Positions 9,411 through 18,211 of a stretch of DNA of 64,000 nt are shown one piece after another (within the stretch, counting starts at the first letter, position 1; every line of letters starts with the position of its first letter). A model generated the notes under the pieces. That model saw only the letters and a program-made list of their open reading frames with translations, was not told where the DNA came from and made no database searches. The stretch comes from a virus. The stretch spans positions 26,868 through 90,867 of the IMG/VR virus record IMGVR_UViG_3300005532_000006, one strand, 5' to 3'. A program made the position numbers and the translations under genes.

Positions 9411-10057
9411 TGGCAAAGAGCACAAAAGCGAAGGATGAGGCACCAAGCGCGATCGTCGTGATCGAACCGCCGAAGTTCCAGCGGGCCGTGATCCGGATCG
9501 TGGGCACGTCGCCCTACGTGCAGAATAAATTCAGCCAGAAGGCGCGCGAGCAGATGGAGGCGAAACAGCGCGCCGGATCGCAGGCGACAAAGGGCCGCAA
9601 ACGCGAGCCCAAGGACTTCGACGCGGTCTACGAAGGGGCGCTGCACGTCAGCCGCGAGGGTTGGTACGGCATTCCGGCGCCCGCCTTCCGCAACGCGATG
9701 ATCTCCGCGTGCCGGGTCGTTGGATTTCGCATGACGCTCGCAAAGCTGAGCGTCTTCATTGAGGCCGATGGGTTCGACCGTGACGACGGTACTCCCCTGG
9801 TCAAGATCGAGGGTGCTCCAAGGCCCTTTCATATGACTGCCCGTAACGAGACGGGTGTAGCGGACGTTCGGGTGCGGCCGATCTGGGATGACTGGTCCGC
9901 CAATGTGCGGGTACGCTGGGACGCGGATCAGTTCTCCGCGACAGACATCATGAACCTGCTGGCGCGCGCCGGCATGCAGGTCGGCGTTGGCGAAGGTCGG
10001 CCGGACAGCAGAAACAGCAACGGCCTCGGTTGGGGCCTTTGGGAGGTGGCAGGATGA
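9410..10057 (+). CDS. stand-alone Cas7/RAMP-like protein
   Basis: RAMP-like motif order: IRIVGTSPY, YGIPAPAFRNAMISA, RVRPIWDDW, and C-terminal G-rich loop AGMQVGVGEGRP..GLGWGLWEV. Confidence 0.7.
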   Translation: MAKSTKAKDEAPSAIVVIEPPKFQRAVIRIVGTSPYVQNKFSQKAREQMEAKQRAGSQATKGRKREPKDFDAVYEGALHVSREGWYGIPAPAFRNAMISACRVVGFRMTLAKLSVFIEADGFDRDDGTPLVKIEGAPRPFHMTARNETGVADVRVRPIWDDWSANVRVRWDADQFSATDIMNLLARAGMQVGVGEGRPDSRNSNGLGWGLWEVAG

Positions 10058-10521
10058 GAACCAAATCGACAGTCGCCGGGGAACTTCTGGCGCTCGCGTC
10101 GCAGATCAACACCGGCGACAAATTGCAGGCGCAACAGGTAGTCGATTGGGCGCGCTCGCACCCGAAATCGGCGCTCTACGCTGCCCTGTGTCCGCTTGGC
10201 ACCGACGGGAAGTGGGATCTTGTCAAGGCCGCCGAAGAATATTTGTTGCATCAGGCCCGGCGGCTCATTGCGGTCCACATTGTGGACGAAGCGGGAGCGC
10301 GCAAGGTCGTATCACTCAGCGTTGACCGCGTCTCTGGCGGCGGCTATCGGCGCGTCAAAGACGTGCTGATGGATGTGGAACTGACCGCCGTCATGCTCAA
10401 GGACGCGCTGGCAGAACTTCAGAGGGTGCGGCTGAAGTACGAGACGGTTCAGGCTCTCGCCGGTGTGTGGCGCGAACTGGACCGGGTCAAAGAGCAGTAC
10501 CGCAACGAGGACGCTGCTTAG
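10054..10521 (+). CDS. accessory protein of the RAMP-repeat locus
   Basis: ATGA overlap with the RAMP gene; helical 155 aa; VVDWAR..P.SALY..AAEEYLLHQARRLI. Confidence 0.75.
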   Translation: MRTKSTVAGELLALASQINTGDKLQAQQVVDWARSHPKSALYAALCPLGTDGKWDLVKAAEEYLLHQARRLIAVHIVDEAGARKVVSLSVDRVSGGGYRRVKDVLMDVELTAVMLKDALAELQRVRLKYETVQALAGVWRELDRVKEQYRNEDAA

Positions 10522-10545
10522 GTTCAGGACAGTATCATGAGTTCG

Positions 10546-10774
10546 GGCACGGATGGGCTAGGCGCAGCTGGGCAAGGCCAGGCCCGGCACCGCAGGCGTG
10601 GCAAGGCACAGCGAGGGATGGCGGGGCATGGCGAGGCTGGGTTGGGCAACGCAACACACGGCAGGCATGGCGACGTGTGGCTAGGCCAGGCGAGGCATCG
10701 CGGGTCACGGCTCGGCACCGCAGGCGAGGCAACGGAACTGGCTTGGCGAGGCAGGGCAAACCATGGCAGGGCCA
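10546..10774 (+). ncRNA. 5-nt periodic (GGC-NN)n repeat array, putative guide RNA precursor
   Basis: about 43 pentamers, mostly GGC plus a variable dinucleotide; exact 14-bp junction CGGCACCGCAGGCG at 10585 and 10713, variant CACGGCAGGC at 10657; directly downstream of the RAMP operon. Confidence 0.75.
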
Positions 10775-10775
10775 A

Positions 10776-10799
10776 GGGGGCGGCTTTCGGGCCGCCTCT
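10776..10799 (+). terminator. GC hairpin closing the repeat array
   Basis: GGCGGCT-TTCG-GGCCGCC stem-loop; weak U tract. Confidence 0.6.
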
Positions 10800-10891
10800 C
10801 CGCGTTCTGTAGCATTCTATGGAACCGTAGTTGACAGCCTCCGTTGGCGTATCATATTGATACAGCCAGCTAGGGCTGTTGGCGCGGATGA

Positions 10892-11239
10892 ATGGCCGAT
10901 CCCATACCGTTCAAACGGCCCGTCAACTGGGCCAGGCTTCGCGCCGACCAAGCCGAAGCGATCGTCCGCGAGCGCGCCAAGACCGAGGTCAACGTCATCT
11001 TCGGCGATCATGCGTTCGACCGTATCGACGACCGCTCGATCCTCGCCGAAGACGCCTACTGGATTTTGCAGACTGGGTTTGTCGAGGGGCAGCCGGAGTA
11101 TGTGGGCGAAGGCGAGTGGAAGGTCATCATGGTTCGCCGCATGCCCGGATGCCGCGAGGCGGGTGTCGTCACAATCATTGTCTCAAGCAACGATGAGGTC
11201 TTCGTAAAAACCGTGGAATGGATGGATTGGCTCAGATGA
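10892..11239 (+). CDS. DUF4258-like putative toxin
   Basis: VIFGDHAFDRIDDRSI..IL.TG..GEWKV..VKTVEW. Confidence 0.7.
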   Translation: MADPIPFKRPVNWARLRADQAEAIVRERAKTEVNVIFGDHAFDRIDDRSILAEDAYWILQTGFVEGQPEYVGEGEWKVIMVRRMPGCREAGVVTIIVSSNDEVFVKTVEWMDWLR

Positions 11240-11715
11240 CCGACCAGATGACCGAACTGCACCATTACACGAACTGCGGCCTGGACTATGTCTACCTGCG
11301 CAACGGCTTTGTGGTGCGAGAGACGCGCCATGGCCGCGGGATCGCGATCCACGACGCCGCAGCGCTGCACGAGGCCATCGCGCGCGTCGTGATTACGCGA
11401 CCGCAGCGTTTGCGCGGCCAGGAAGTGCGCTTTCTGCGCTCGCTGCTCAAGCTTTCGCAGGATGGACTGGCTCGCATTCTGCGCACGAGGCGTGTTTCGG
11501 TGGCGCGTTGGGAAGCGCGGCCGAACCATCCCATACCGGGCGCCGCCGACTCGGCCCTGCGCTTGTTCTACGCGTTGAAGCTCGAGAAGCACGGTCTTGC
11601 CCAGCAGATTTGCGAAATCCTGGCCGAGCTGGACGATTTGGAGCATTCGTTGCATGTGATGAGCGACATCAGGCTGCGCGAAACCGAGCGCGGCTGGCAG
11701 CGAGAGGCAGCCTGA
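11236..11715 (+). CDS. MqsA-like / XRE HTH antitoxin
   Basis: HHYTNCGLDYVYLRNG N-terminus; GQEVRFLRSLLKLSQDGLARIL..VARWE HTH. Confidence 0.75.
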   Translation: MTDQMTELHHYTNCGLDYVYLRNGFVVRETRHGRGIAIHDAAALHEAIARVVITRPQRLRGQEVRFLRSLLKLSQDGLARILRTRRVSVARWEARPNHPIPGAADSALRLFYALKLEKHGLAQQICEILAELDDLEHSLHVMSDIRLRETERGWQREAA

Positions 11716-11883
11716 CGGCACGGGAATCTGGTCTTCAGCTATCGAATAACCCTTTCTCGCCGGCCAGCTTCTTGAAGGCGTGAATGAAGGCGAGGCGCCG
11801 CGCCCGCGACATCGTCATCGCAACGTCGTACGCGATCCCGTTCTTTATCAGGCAGGCAACCTCATAGAGGGCTGCCTGCCGGG

Positions 11884-12345
11884 TCAGTTTTTTGCGATCG
11901 CCTCGTCGCTGTCGGCATTGTCGATCTGGCTCTCAAGGTGCTCCCGCACGGCGCGGACTCCAGAGCGATCCACCATCTGGAACATGCTGCGGAGTTGGAC
12001 CCCGTTTCTCGGAAAGGGCACTTTGGCGCCGTCGATCTCGGCCACTCGCGCGGCCAGGACGAGCTGGACCATCCAGGATCCATTCTCAGTACGGGCACCC
12101 GCAAGTTCCAGCAGGTCCAATTCGTCGAGATAAGACAGCTCCCGCAGCCTCAGCCGTCGCCCCTTCTCGTCAATCAGCAGCCCGTCCGGCGTGATCTTAG
12201 GCCGCGGCGTCGGCGCTTCGGGCGCTACCGGCGCAACCGCAATCGGCTCCGGTTCCGGCGTTCCGCCGATCGGCTGCTGCACGACGGCGGGCGCCTCTGC
12301 GGCGGGGCCGGCATAGGCGATGGTCGGCCCGATGGCGTCGGACAT
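11884..12345 (-). CDS. tail assembly chaperone
   Basis: follows the tube gene; DEKGRRLRLREL; ends ..AKN-stop on slippery A AAA AAC. Confidence 0.75.
   Translation of the reverse strand: MSDAIGPTIAYAGPAAEAPAVVQQPIGGTPEPEPIAVAPVAPEAPTPRPKITPDGLLIDEKGRRLRLRELSYLDELDLLELAGARTENGSWMVQLVLAARVAEIDGAKVPFPRNGVQLRSMFQMVDRSGVRAVREHLESQIDNADSDEAIAKN
11887..11893 (-). other. -1 ribosomal frameshift site (chaperone G/GT)
   Basis: heptamer A-AAA-AAC before the stop; -1 frame open: LTRQAALYEVACLIKNGIAYDVAMTMSRARRLAF.. Confidence 0.7.
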
Positions 12346-12428
12346 GGTGGGTTCTCTTCTGTTGTGGAGGGGCGTTGTGCGCGGTCCTGCGCTCGGCGCA
12401 GACTGCTCGAAAGCTGGGGGAGGCGGCG

Positions 12429-12704
12429 ATGGCAGAGACACCGCAGCGCGGGTTATTCGCGCTCGGCTTCACCGTGATCGGCATGCAAGATTTCGCGGCC
12501 AAGCTGCTGCGGGCTGCGCTGAACGACGAGCCGCTTGACGAGGCCGCGCTGGCCGCGATCCAGGCGAGCTGCATCCGCGATTTGAAAGACGCGTATCCGG
12601 TTGGTCTGACGATCGAGGACGAGGCCGCAATCATCGGGCAGGCGATCCAGAACCTCGAAGAGCACATGCGCCTCGCAATCCAGCGAGCGCGGCAACGGGA
12701 CTGA
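12429..12704 (+). CDS. hypothetical protein (moron)
   Basis: GGAGG RBS; 91 aa helical ORF antisense to the late operon. Confidence 0.55.
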   Translation: MAETPQRGLFALGFTVIGMQDFAAKLLRAALNDEPLDEAALAAIQASCIRDLKDAYPVGLTIEDEAAIIGQAIQNLEEHMRLAIQRARQRD

Positions 12705-12787
12705 GCGCAGGCTTCCGTCCAAGCCGATCACGCTCACCTGTCGGGCATCGACAATAAGCATCGCCTGATCCACCGAACGATGATCGC

Positions 12788-13234
12788 CTACGACAGCTGC
12801 GTCCGGGTCGATGCTCGGCCCTGGACCCGCATCTTGATCATGTCGTCGGCCTTCACGTCGCCGATGTCTTCGCAGGTCAACATGAGGCCGCTGAACAGGA
12901 AAACGTGCACCGCGCCAGTGTCGGCGTCGATGATCGTCTCGGTGATCGTGCCGGCGTTGATCGCGCCGCCCTGGTAGTAGGTCGATTCCAGGTTGGCGAA
13001 GAACGTATCGACGCCGGCGTTCTGGCGGTCGAGTTCGAAGTCGAGTTCCCAGCCGGCGATGATCGGCACGAACTTCGGCGGCCCGTTGATCGGCCGCGAC
13101 ACGCGATGGTCGTAGAGGCCGCGGCGCCGGAACGACTGCGTGATGTCGAGGCTGAGGAGCCCGGCGTCGGTGACGATGTTGAACGATACGTCGCGGCCGG
13201 TATTGACCTGGTTGATGCCACCAAGCTGCGCCAT
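12788..13234 (-). CDS. tail tube protein
   Basis: 148 aa after the sheath; GWELDFELDR..GTITETI. Confidence 0.8.
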   Translation of the reverse strand: MAQLGGINQVNTGRDVSFNIVTDAGLLSLDITQSFRRRGLYDHRVSRPINGPPKFVPIIAGWELDFELDRQNAGVDTFFANLESTYYQGGAINAGTITETIIDADTGAVHVFLFSGLMLTCEDIGDVKADDMIKMRVQGRASTRTQLS

Positions 13235-13311
13235 GGCGGTGTGCTCCCGTCAAAAGAAAAGCGGCGCCGGTTGAGGCGCCGCCACGTGTGAAGAGGGAAA
13301 AGGGGAGCGGG

Positions 13312-15216
13312 CTAGCTCCGGGCGAAGGCCGGCGGCGTCTGCGAGACGTTGACCTGGACGGTCTGGCCGCCCATCAGGTTGACGACGAACCAGCGGATGA
13401 CCGCGAGATACTGGACCCGCACCGCGGCGATTTCGTAGCCGAGCGCGGCCATGTTCGGCGGCGTCGTGGTGTCGTCGATCTCCACCGACCAGGGCGGCAC
13501 GCCGATGCCGTTGGCGCTGTCGGCGTTGCCGATCATGCCCTCCTGCCACATGTCGTTGAAGAAGTCGTCCATGACGGCCTTCGCCGCCTTGCGCTGGTCC
13601 GGCGTCTGCAGCAGGCCGATGTTCTTGCCCGCCCACAGCCCGATCGAGCGGGCGATGAAGTCCGTCATCATCGCGTAGTTGTCGCCGTTGATCGCGGCGT
13701 TCGACGACGTGTTGATGCCGTTGTTGGCGGCCCAGTACTGGCCGCCCGGCGGGTTGTTGCAGATGAGGTCGAGCCGGTAGGAGTAGAGCGCGTCCTTGTC
13801 GGCGTCCGACCAGACGCCGCCGGTCAGCGTCTTCTGCGACCCGATGATGCCGTTGATGATCTTGTTCAGGGTCGAGTTCTGTGGCGCCTGCTGAGCCCGC
13901 ATCGCGGCCATGAACGTAGCCGGGGCCAGGACCCGCTCCGTCTGGTTCGTCGTGTCGTACCAGTAGAGCCAGTCGCCGAAAGTGACGCGCAGCGCATAGT
14001 TGTCGACGCCGGCCGTCGCCAGTTCGGTGGCGGCGTTGGTCAAGGTATCGGCGCTCGGGGTCGAAGTCTCGACGAGGATGCCCTCGGACTGGCCGAACGC
14101 GGCGAAATTGGTCCAGTAGGTCGAGACCGAGGCGTCCACCGGGCAGGCGATGCCGACGCCCTGCGCGCGCAGCGCGTAGAGCCCCTTGCGCGGCACCACA
14201 TCGACGCCGAGGAGCGTCGCGTCGGTGATGCCGGACCAGCCGTCGGTGCCGCCCGTCATCGGGACGGTCGTGGCGGCGTTCGGGGCGGCGGCGGCGCCCG
14301 TTCCGGCGGAGGCGACGCACAATTGCGACGGGCCGCGCAGCGCCGAGTTGCCGTTGTTGACGGCATTGGCGATGTTCGCCCACAGAAGGTTGCCGGTGCC
14401 GGTGAGGTTGTCGAACTTCTCGGCGACGAAGCCGGGCCGCGCCAGGACCAGCGCGGTCGAGCCGGCGAGGGTGCCCGGCTGCAATGAGGCGAGCAGGCCG
14501 TTGCCGACGGTGCCGGTGTAGAGCGCCGTCAGGGTGAGCTTCACGGTCGCCGCGGTCGAGGTGCCGGCGGTGAAGGTCGTCGTCGGGCTGGAGCCGCCGA
14601 CCGAGGGCGTGATCGAGGTCCATCCCGTGCCCGGAGCGGTGCCGCCGGGGCAGTAGACCGAGATGACCGCGCCGGCGACCGAGAAGGCGAAACCCGCGGC
14701 TTGCAGCTGCGTATTGGCGCTGAGCAGCGCCGCCAGCGAGGCGGCCACCGCCGAGGCCGTAGGCGGACCCGCGGGGACGGTGTAGCTGACGACGATCGGC
14801 GAACCGGCGGTCGGAGTGAAGGTCAGGGTCGGGATGTCGCCGGCCTTGACGGTGCCGGCGATCGTCTCGGTCGCGAAGGTCTCGCTCGTCGAGTACGTGC
14901 CGGTCGCCGCCGTGTCGGTGCCGTCGCTGACGCGCACGTTCTTGAAGCTCGACACGTAGTTCTCGACCGCGACCGCGACCGCGCTGGAGAGGTCGAACTT
15001 GCGGTTGGTGACCGGTCCGAACGTGGCGACCTGCTCGTCGTTGCCGCCCACCACCATCGGGATGTTGACCGGACCCCATGAGGCGGCGCCGATGTAGCCG
15101 AGGATGTTGACCGGAACCCCGGTGACCGGCGGCGTCGGGGTTTGAATCTGAACCACCGCCTTCGGTGCGCCGAGCGCGAGGACGTTGGTGGTGCCGGCTT
15201 GCACGATCTGCGTCAT
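13312..15216 (-). CDS. contractile tail sheath protein
   Basis: 634 aa; GAASWGPVN.P, MTGGTDG, VQYLAVIRWFVVNL. Confidence 0.9.
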   Translation of the reverse strand: MTQIVQAGTTNVLALGAPKAVVQIQTPTPPVTGVPVNILGYIGAASWGPVNIPMVVGGNDEQVATFGPVTNRKFDLSSAVAVAVENYVSSFKNVRVSDGTDTAATGTYSTSETFATETIAGTVKAGDIPTLTFTPTAGSPIVVSYTVPAGPPTASAVAASLAALLSANTQLQAAGFAFSVAGAVISVYCPGGTAPGTGWTSITPSVGGSSPTTTFTAGTSTAATVKLTLTALYTGTVGNGLLASLQPGTLAGSTALVLARPGFVAEKFDNLTGTGNLLWANIANAVNNGNSALRGPSQLCVASAGTGAAAAPNAATTVPMTGGTDGWSGITDATLLGVDVVPRKGLYALRAQGVGIACPVDASVSTYWTNFAAFGQSEGILVETSTPSADTLTNAATELATAGVDNYALRVTFGDWLYWYDTTNQTERVLAPATFMAAMRAQQAPQNSTLNKIINGIIGSQKTLTGGVWSDADKDALYSYRLDLICNNPPGGQYWAANNGINTSSNAAINGDNYAMMTDFIARSIGLWAGKNIGLLQTPDQRKAAKAVMDDFFNDMWQEGMIGNADSANGIGVPPWSVEIDDTTTPPNMAALGYEIAAVRVQYLAVIRWFVVNLMGGQTVQVNVSQTPPAFARS

Positions 15217-15292
15217 CGGGCGAGTTCCTTCAAAGGGACGGCGGCGCTATCCAGCGGCGCGCGGCGCTTGCCCAAGGCGCTTTCCGGGCAAC

Positions 15293-15313
15293 AAAAAGCC
15301 CCCTCGCGGGGGC
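15293..15313 (-). terminator. intrinsic terminator upstream of the sheath gene
   Basis: GCCCCC-GCGA-GGGGGC-TTTTT on the minus strand. Confidence 0.65.
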
Positions 15314-15340
15314 GCGGTTCACGTGGTGGAGGGTGCGGTT

Positions 15341-15679
15341 CTACGCCGGTTCGGCGGCTCCCTCAGGAGCGCTATCGCGGCGGCGAGATGGTGCCGCCGG
15401 CGTCGCATGGGGCGCAGCAGCGATGGCGCGCGCGAGCCGCACAGGGTGGCCCTCCGGCAGCGCCGCGAGCGCGGGATGGCCGTCTGACAGATGCGGCAGT
15501 ACCGCATCGTGGTCGTCGGGCAACTGCATGTTGTGGCCGTGCGCCGCGTGCTCGCTGTCGCGGATGTCGGCGAGCCGCTCCGGGTGCGCGACGATGTCGC
15601 CCTTCTTGTACTCGACAAGCTCCCCGGTGATGGGGCACTTGCGCGAGAACGGCACGCGCACGATGAACGAATTCGTCAT
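15341..15679 (-). CDS. hypothetical phage protein
   Basis: MTNSFIVRVPF..YKKGD; in the late operon. Confidence 0.6.
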   Translation of the reverse strand: MTNSFIVRVPFSRKCPITGELVEYKKGDIVAHPERLADIRDSEHAAHGHNMQLPDDHDAVLPHLSDGHPALAALPEGHPVRLARAIAAAPHATPAAPSRRRDSAPEGAAEPA

Positions 15680-15696
15680 GGAGAGCTTCTCCTCAG

Positions 15697-16032
15697 TTAC
15701 GCCGCCACCCGGCAAGGGATGTGCGAGTAGGCCGACAGGACGCGGGGCGGTGTGTCGGTGGTCGTGACCGTCACCCGGAACAGGTAGATCACCCCGTCAA
15801 GGCAGTTGCCGACATCCTGGCTGACCGTCGTGATGCCGTTGGCTGTGGCGTGGTTCGCGCTGCCGATCAGACGCGAGGCCGGCGCGTTGTCGGTCGCGGT
15901 GCCGAACGGCGTGGCCAGAAGCTCGACATCGACCGAGGCGATCGTCGAGACGCCGAGCATTGCGGTTACGTCGAAGGTGAAGGTATCGACGTCGCCCGGC
16001 TCGATCGGAGAGAAGTCGTTGCCGACAAACAT
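15697..16032 (-). CDS. hypothetical beta-sandwich virion protein
   Basis: GAGGAG RBS; PGDVDTFTFDVT..GVIYLFRVTVTT. Confidence 0.6.
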   Translation of the reverse strand: MFVGNDFSPIEPGDVDTFTFDVTAMLGVSTIASVDVELLATPFGTATDNAPASRLIGSANHATANGITTVSQDVGNCLDGVIYLFRVTVTTTDTPPRVLSAYSHIPCRVAA

Positions 16033-16046
16033 GCGCGGCCCCTCCT

Positions 16047-16283
16047 CTACTGCGCGAGCAGTCCGCCGATAGCGCCGCCGACGGCGAGGCCGCCGGTCAC
16101 GATGTTGCCGCTGAACAGCCCGGAACCGCTGATCACGGTCGTCCCTTGCGGCTGCGCCACCTGGCAGAACGACAGGCCGCCGTCGTGGCACTTCGCCATG
16201 ACCTCTCCGGTAACCGGGTCTTTGACGGTGTAGGTGCAGCCGGCGAGGGCGAGGAAGCCCGCGAGAGCAAGAGCGTGTTGCAA
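16047..16283 (-). CDS. small lipoprotein
   Basis: lipobox LAGC after a hydrophobic segment; GGAGG RBS, TTG start. Confidence 0.6.
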   Translation of the reverse strand: MQHALALAGFLALAGCTYTVKDPVTGEVMAKCHDGGLSFCQVAQPQGTTVISGSGLFSGNIVTGGLAVGGAIGGLLAQ

Positions 16284-16294
16284 GTTGCCTCCCG

Positions 16295-16399
16295 CTACCG
16301 CGGCGCACCCAGCAGCCAGAACAGGATCAGCCCTTCGACGACGGCGCTGAAGACGCCCGCGGCAAAGCCGGCCATCACGCCGTCGATGAACTTGCGCAT
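16295..16399 (-). CDS. small membrane peptide (34 aa)
   Basis: MRKFIDGVMAGFAAGVFSAVVEGLILFWLL. Confidence 0.35.
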   Translation of the reverse strand: MRKFIDGVMAGFAAGVFSAVVEGLILFWLLGAPR

Positions 16400-18204
16400 C
16401 GGACCGCCCGTGTTGGGCCGGGCGCGACGACGCGCCGGCCGCTTGCTGGCACGGCCACCGTTCGGCCTGCTCCGATCGCCTTCAGGGTCCGGTTGGCATT
16501 CGCCTGAACCGCCGAGGCGAGGACGCCGAGAATGCCGGCGATGCCCATCGCCGCGACGCCGGTCAGCGGCACAGCATTGGTCGGCACCTGCACGGTGATC
16601 GTGCCAGCCGCGCCGAAAGCCGCTTCGCGTACCAGCGAGGCGACGACGCTGTCGATGATCGACGAAACCGACGCCGTAGCACTCGCCGAGCCGAGTGACC
16701 CATTCCACGAGGCCGAGGCTGCCCCCGCGGTGCCCATAGCCGCGGTTCCAGCGATAGGAATCTGTTCTGCCCTTGCCACTCCCCCGGCAGCGCCAGACGC
16801 GCTTACAGAGCCTCCTACGGCCTCTGGCGAGCCTTCTACCGATCCGGCTCCCGTCGCAGCGGTCGCTGCCGGCAGGGTGAAGGCGTTCGCGAAGCCGAGG
16901 GTTCCCGCTGCCGTCGAGACGCTCGCGCCGGTCAGATCTACTGACGCCGAGCCGCCGGCATCCACATTCAGAACGCCAACGGCGGCCGAAGCCGTGGCCG
17001 CCGGGAGCGTGACAGACTCGGCAGGACCGAATATTCCGCTCGCGCCCAATCCGGTTGCGCCCGATAAGCTATTGCTTGCCGCATCGGAGAGCGAACCCAC
17101 CGCACCCGCCCCGGATTGTCCGGCCAGAGCATTGGCGGCAGATTCGCTCAGCGTACCTGCCGCGCCCGACCCGGCAACGGCTGAGAGGCTGTGCTGGTCG
17201 GCGTCGGCGATGGCCCCAAATGCCCCGGAACCCGCGGCGCTATTGAGTGCTACGGACCCGGCCGTTACGACCGACCCGGCGGCACTGGACCCGCTCGCGC
17301 CCGCGAAGCTGGCGATCTCGGAGAGGCTAAGAGGTTGCGCCGCGGCCGACGCCGACACGGTACCAAGATTGATCAAGACCGACGGGACGAGGCCGCCTAC
17401 CGCACCTGCCGCCGCTACCCCGGTCAGCGGAAAGCTGATAAGCGAGGGTGCCGCAGCACCTAAGATCGACGAAACAACGTCGTCCGGGAATATCAGAAAC
17501 CGGGTCGGGTCCCGCGAGAGTTCTTGCGCGGCCGAGGCCGGGATAGCAACATTGTAGAGAGCGGCAAGCGCCATGGCGTAATCGCCGTCGCCAGCCGACG
17601 AGCCGCCGATGTACATCGTGCCGGCGGTATAGGCGATCGTTCCCGCGACCGCTGTGCCGCTCGATACGGGCGCGCCCTTGTTGTACCAGTTGACCGCGCC
17701 GCCCATCGTCAGGGTGACGACCATCGAGACCACATCGCCGTTCGACGGATTCGGTCCGGAAGTAAAGGCTTCGAATGCCGAACCGTTGTTGTATCCCAGC
17801 TGAATATCCGGGGTGCCATCGTAGATGGTCAACGCGGTAAAGGGAGACGCGTTGGTCGGGTTCGGGTCGAGGCCGAAGATGCGAAAATTGCTGAAGCTCC
17901 GGGCCAGGATGCGGCCAGAGTACAGCAGTGTTCCCTGCGTCGTGACCTGCCACGTCGGCAGGGCGGCCAGAGACCAGTAACCCGTTCCGGCGCTGTTGGC
18001 TTCGACGCCCTCCGGCCCGAGGCTCCGGGATACGGTTCCTGTTGGCGTCAGGTAGACGCCGGACACAAGATCGATAATCTTGTTCCCGACCGGGAAGAAG
18101 CACGCAACCAGCCCCTTCGTAAGCGGGTTGCTCCAGTCGATCTTCGGGACCCCAGGCCGCATCCCTCCGGCGCGGCGCGATTTGAGGGCCAGCGGCGCGA
18201 ACAT
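16375..18204 (-). CDS. fibre-like protein with LamG/ConA-like domain and Ala/Gly/Ser repeats
   Basis: IDWSNPLTKGL N-terminus, lectin-like beta domain, repeated L.G.AA.GA.G units. Confidence 0.6.
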   Translation of the reverse strand: MFAPLALKSRRAGGMRPGVPKIDWSNPLTKGLVACFFPVGNKIIDLVSGVYLTPTGTVSRSLGPEGVEANSAGTGYWSLAALPTWQVTTQGTLLYSGRILARSFSNFRIFGLDPNPTNASPFTALTIYDGTPDIQLGYNNGSAFEAFTSGPNPSNGDVVSMVVTLTMGGAVNWYNKGAPVSSGTAVAGTIAYTAGTMYIGGSSAGDGDYAMALAALYNVAIPASAAQELSRDPTRFLIFPDDVVSSILGAAAPSLISFPLTGVAAAGAVGGLVPSVLINLGTVSASAAAQPLSLSEIASFAGASGSSAAGSVVTAGSVALNSAAGSGAFGAIADADQHSLSAVAGSGAAGTLSESAANALAGQSGAGAVGSLSDAASNSLSGATGLGASGIFGPAESVTLPAATASAAVGVLNVDAGGSASVDLTGASVSTAAGTLGFANAFTLPAATAATGAGSVEGSPEAVGGSVSASGAAGGVARAEQIPIAGTAAMGTAGAASASWNGSLGSASATASVSSIIDSVVASLVREAAFGAAGTITVQVPTNAVPLTGVAAMGIAGILGVLASAVQANANRTLKAIGAGRTVAVPASGRRVVAPGPTRAVRCASSSTA

Positions 18205-18211
18205 CGCTGGC

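Noticed and set aside
10546-10774. Array as a canonical CRISPR or simple microsatellite
   Set aside because: There are no 25-40 bp repeats with unique spacers, and adjacent units differ systematically at two positions, unlike slippage repeats.
10467-10812. Overlapping ORFs across the pentamer array (10537-10812 +, 10524-10775 -, 10535-10759 -, 10467-11207 +)
   Set aside because: A 5-nt period with phase resets is not codon structure. The translations are G/A/R or P/C/R low-complexity by-products with no convincing RBS.
11204-11230. Possible gapped self-match of array unit 2 (gtN aaN acN .. atN gaN tgN) to the end of the DUF4258-like gene
   Set aside because: Only 14 of 18 specified bases match and it was found post hoc; a match of this quality is roughly expected by chance in a window this size.
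16047-16399. Lipoprotein plus membrane peptide as a spanin/holin lysis cassette
   Set aside because: No endolysin or recognisable i-spanin is adjacent; left as hypothetical.
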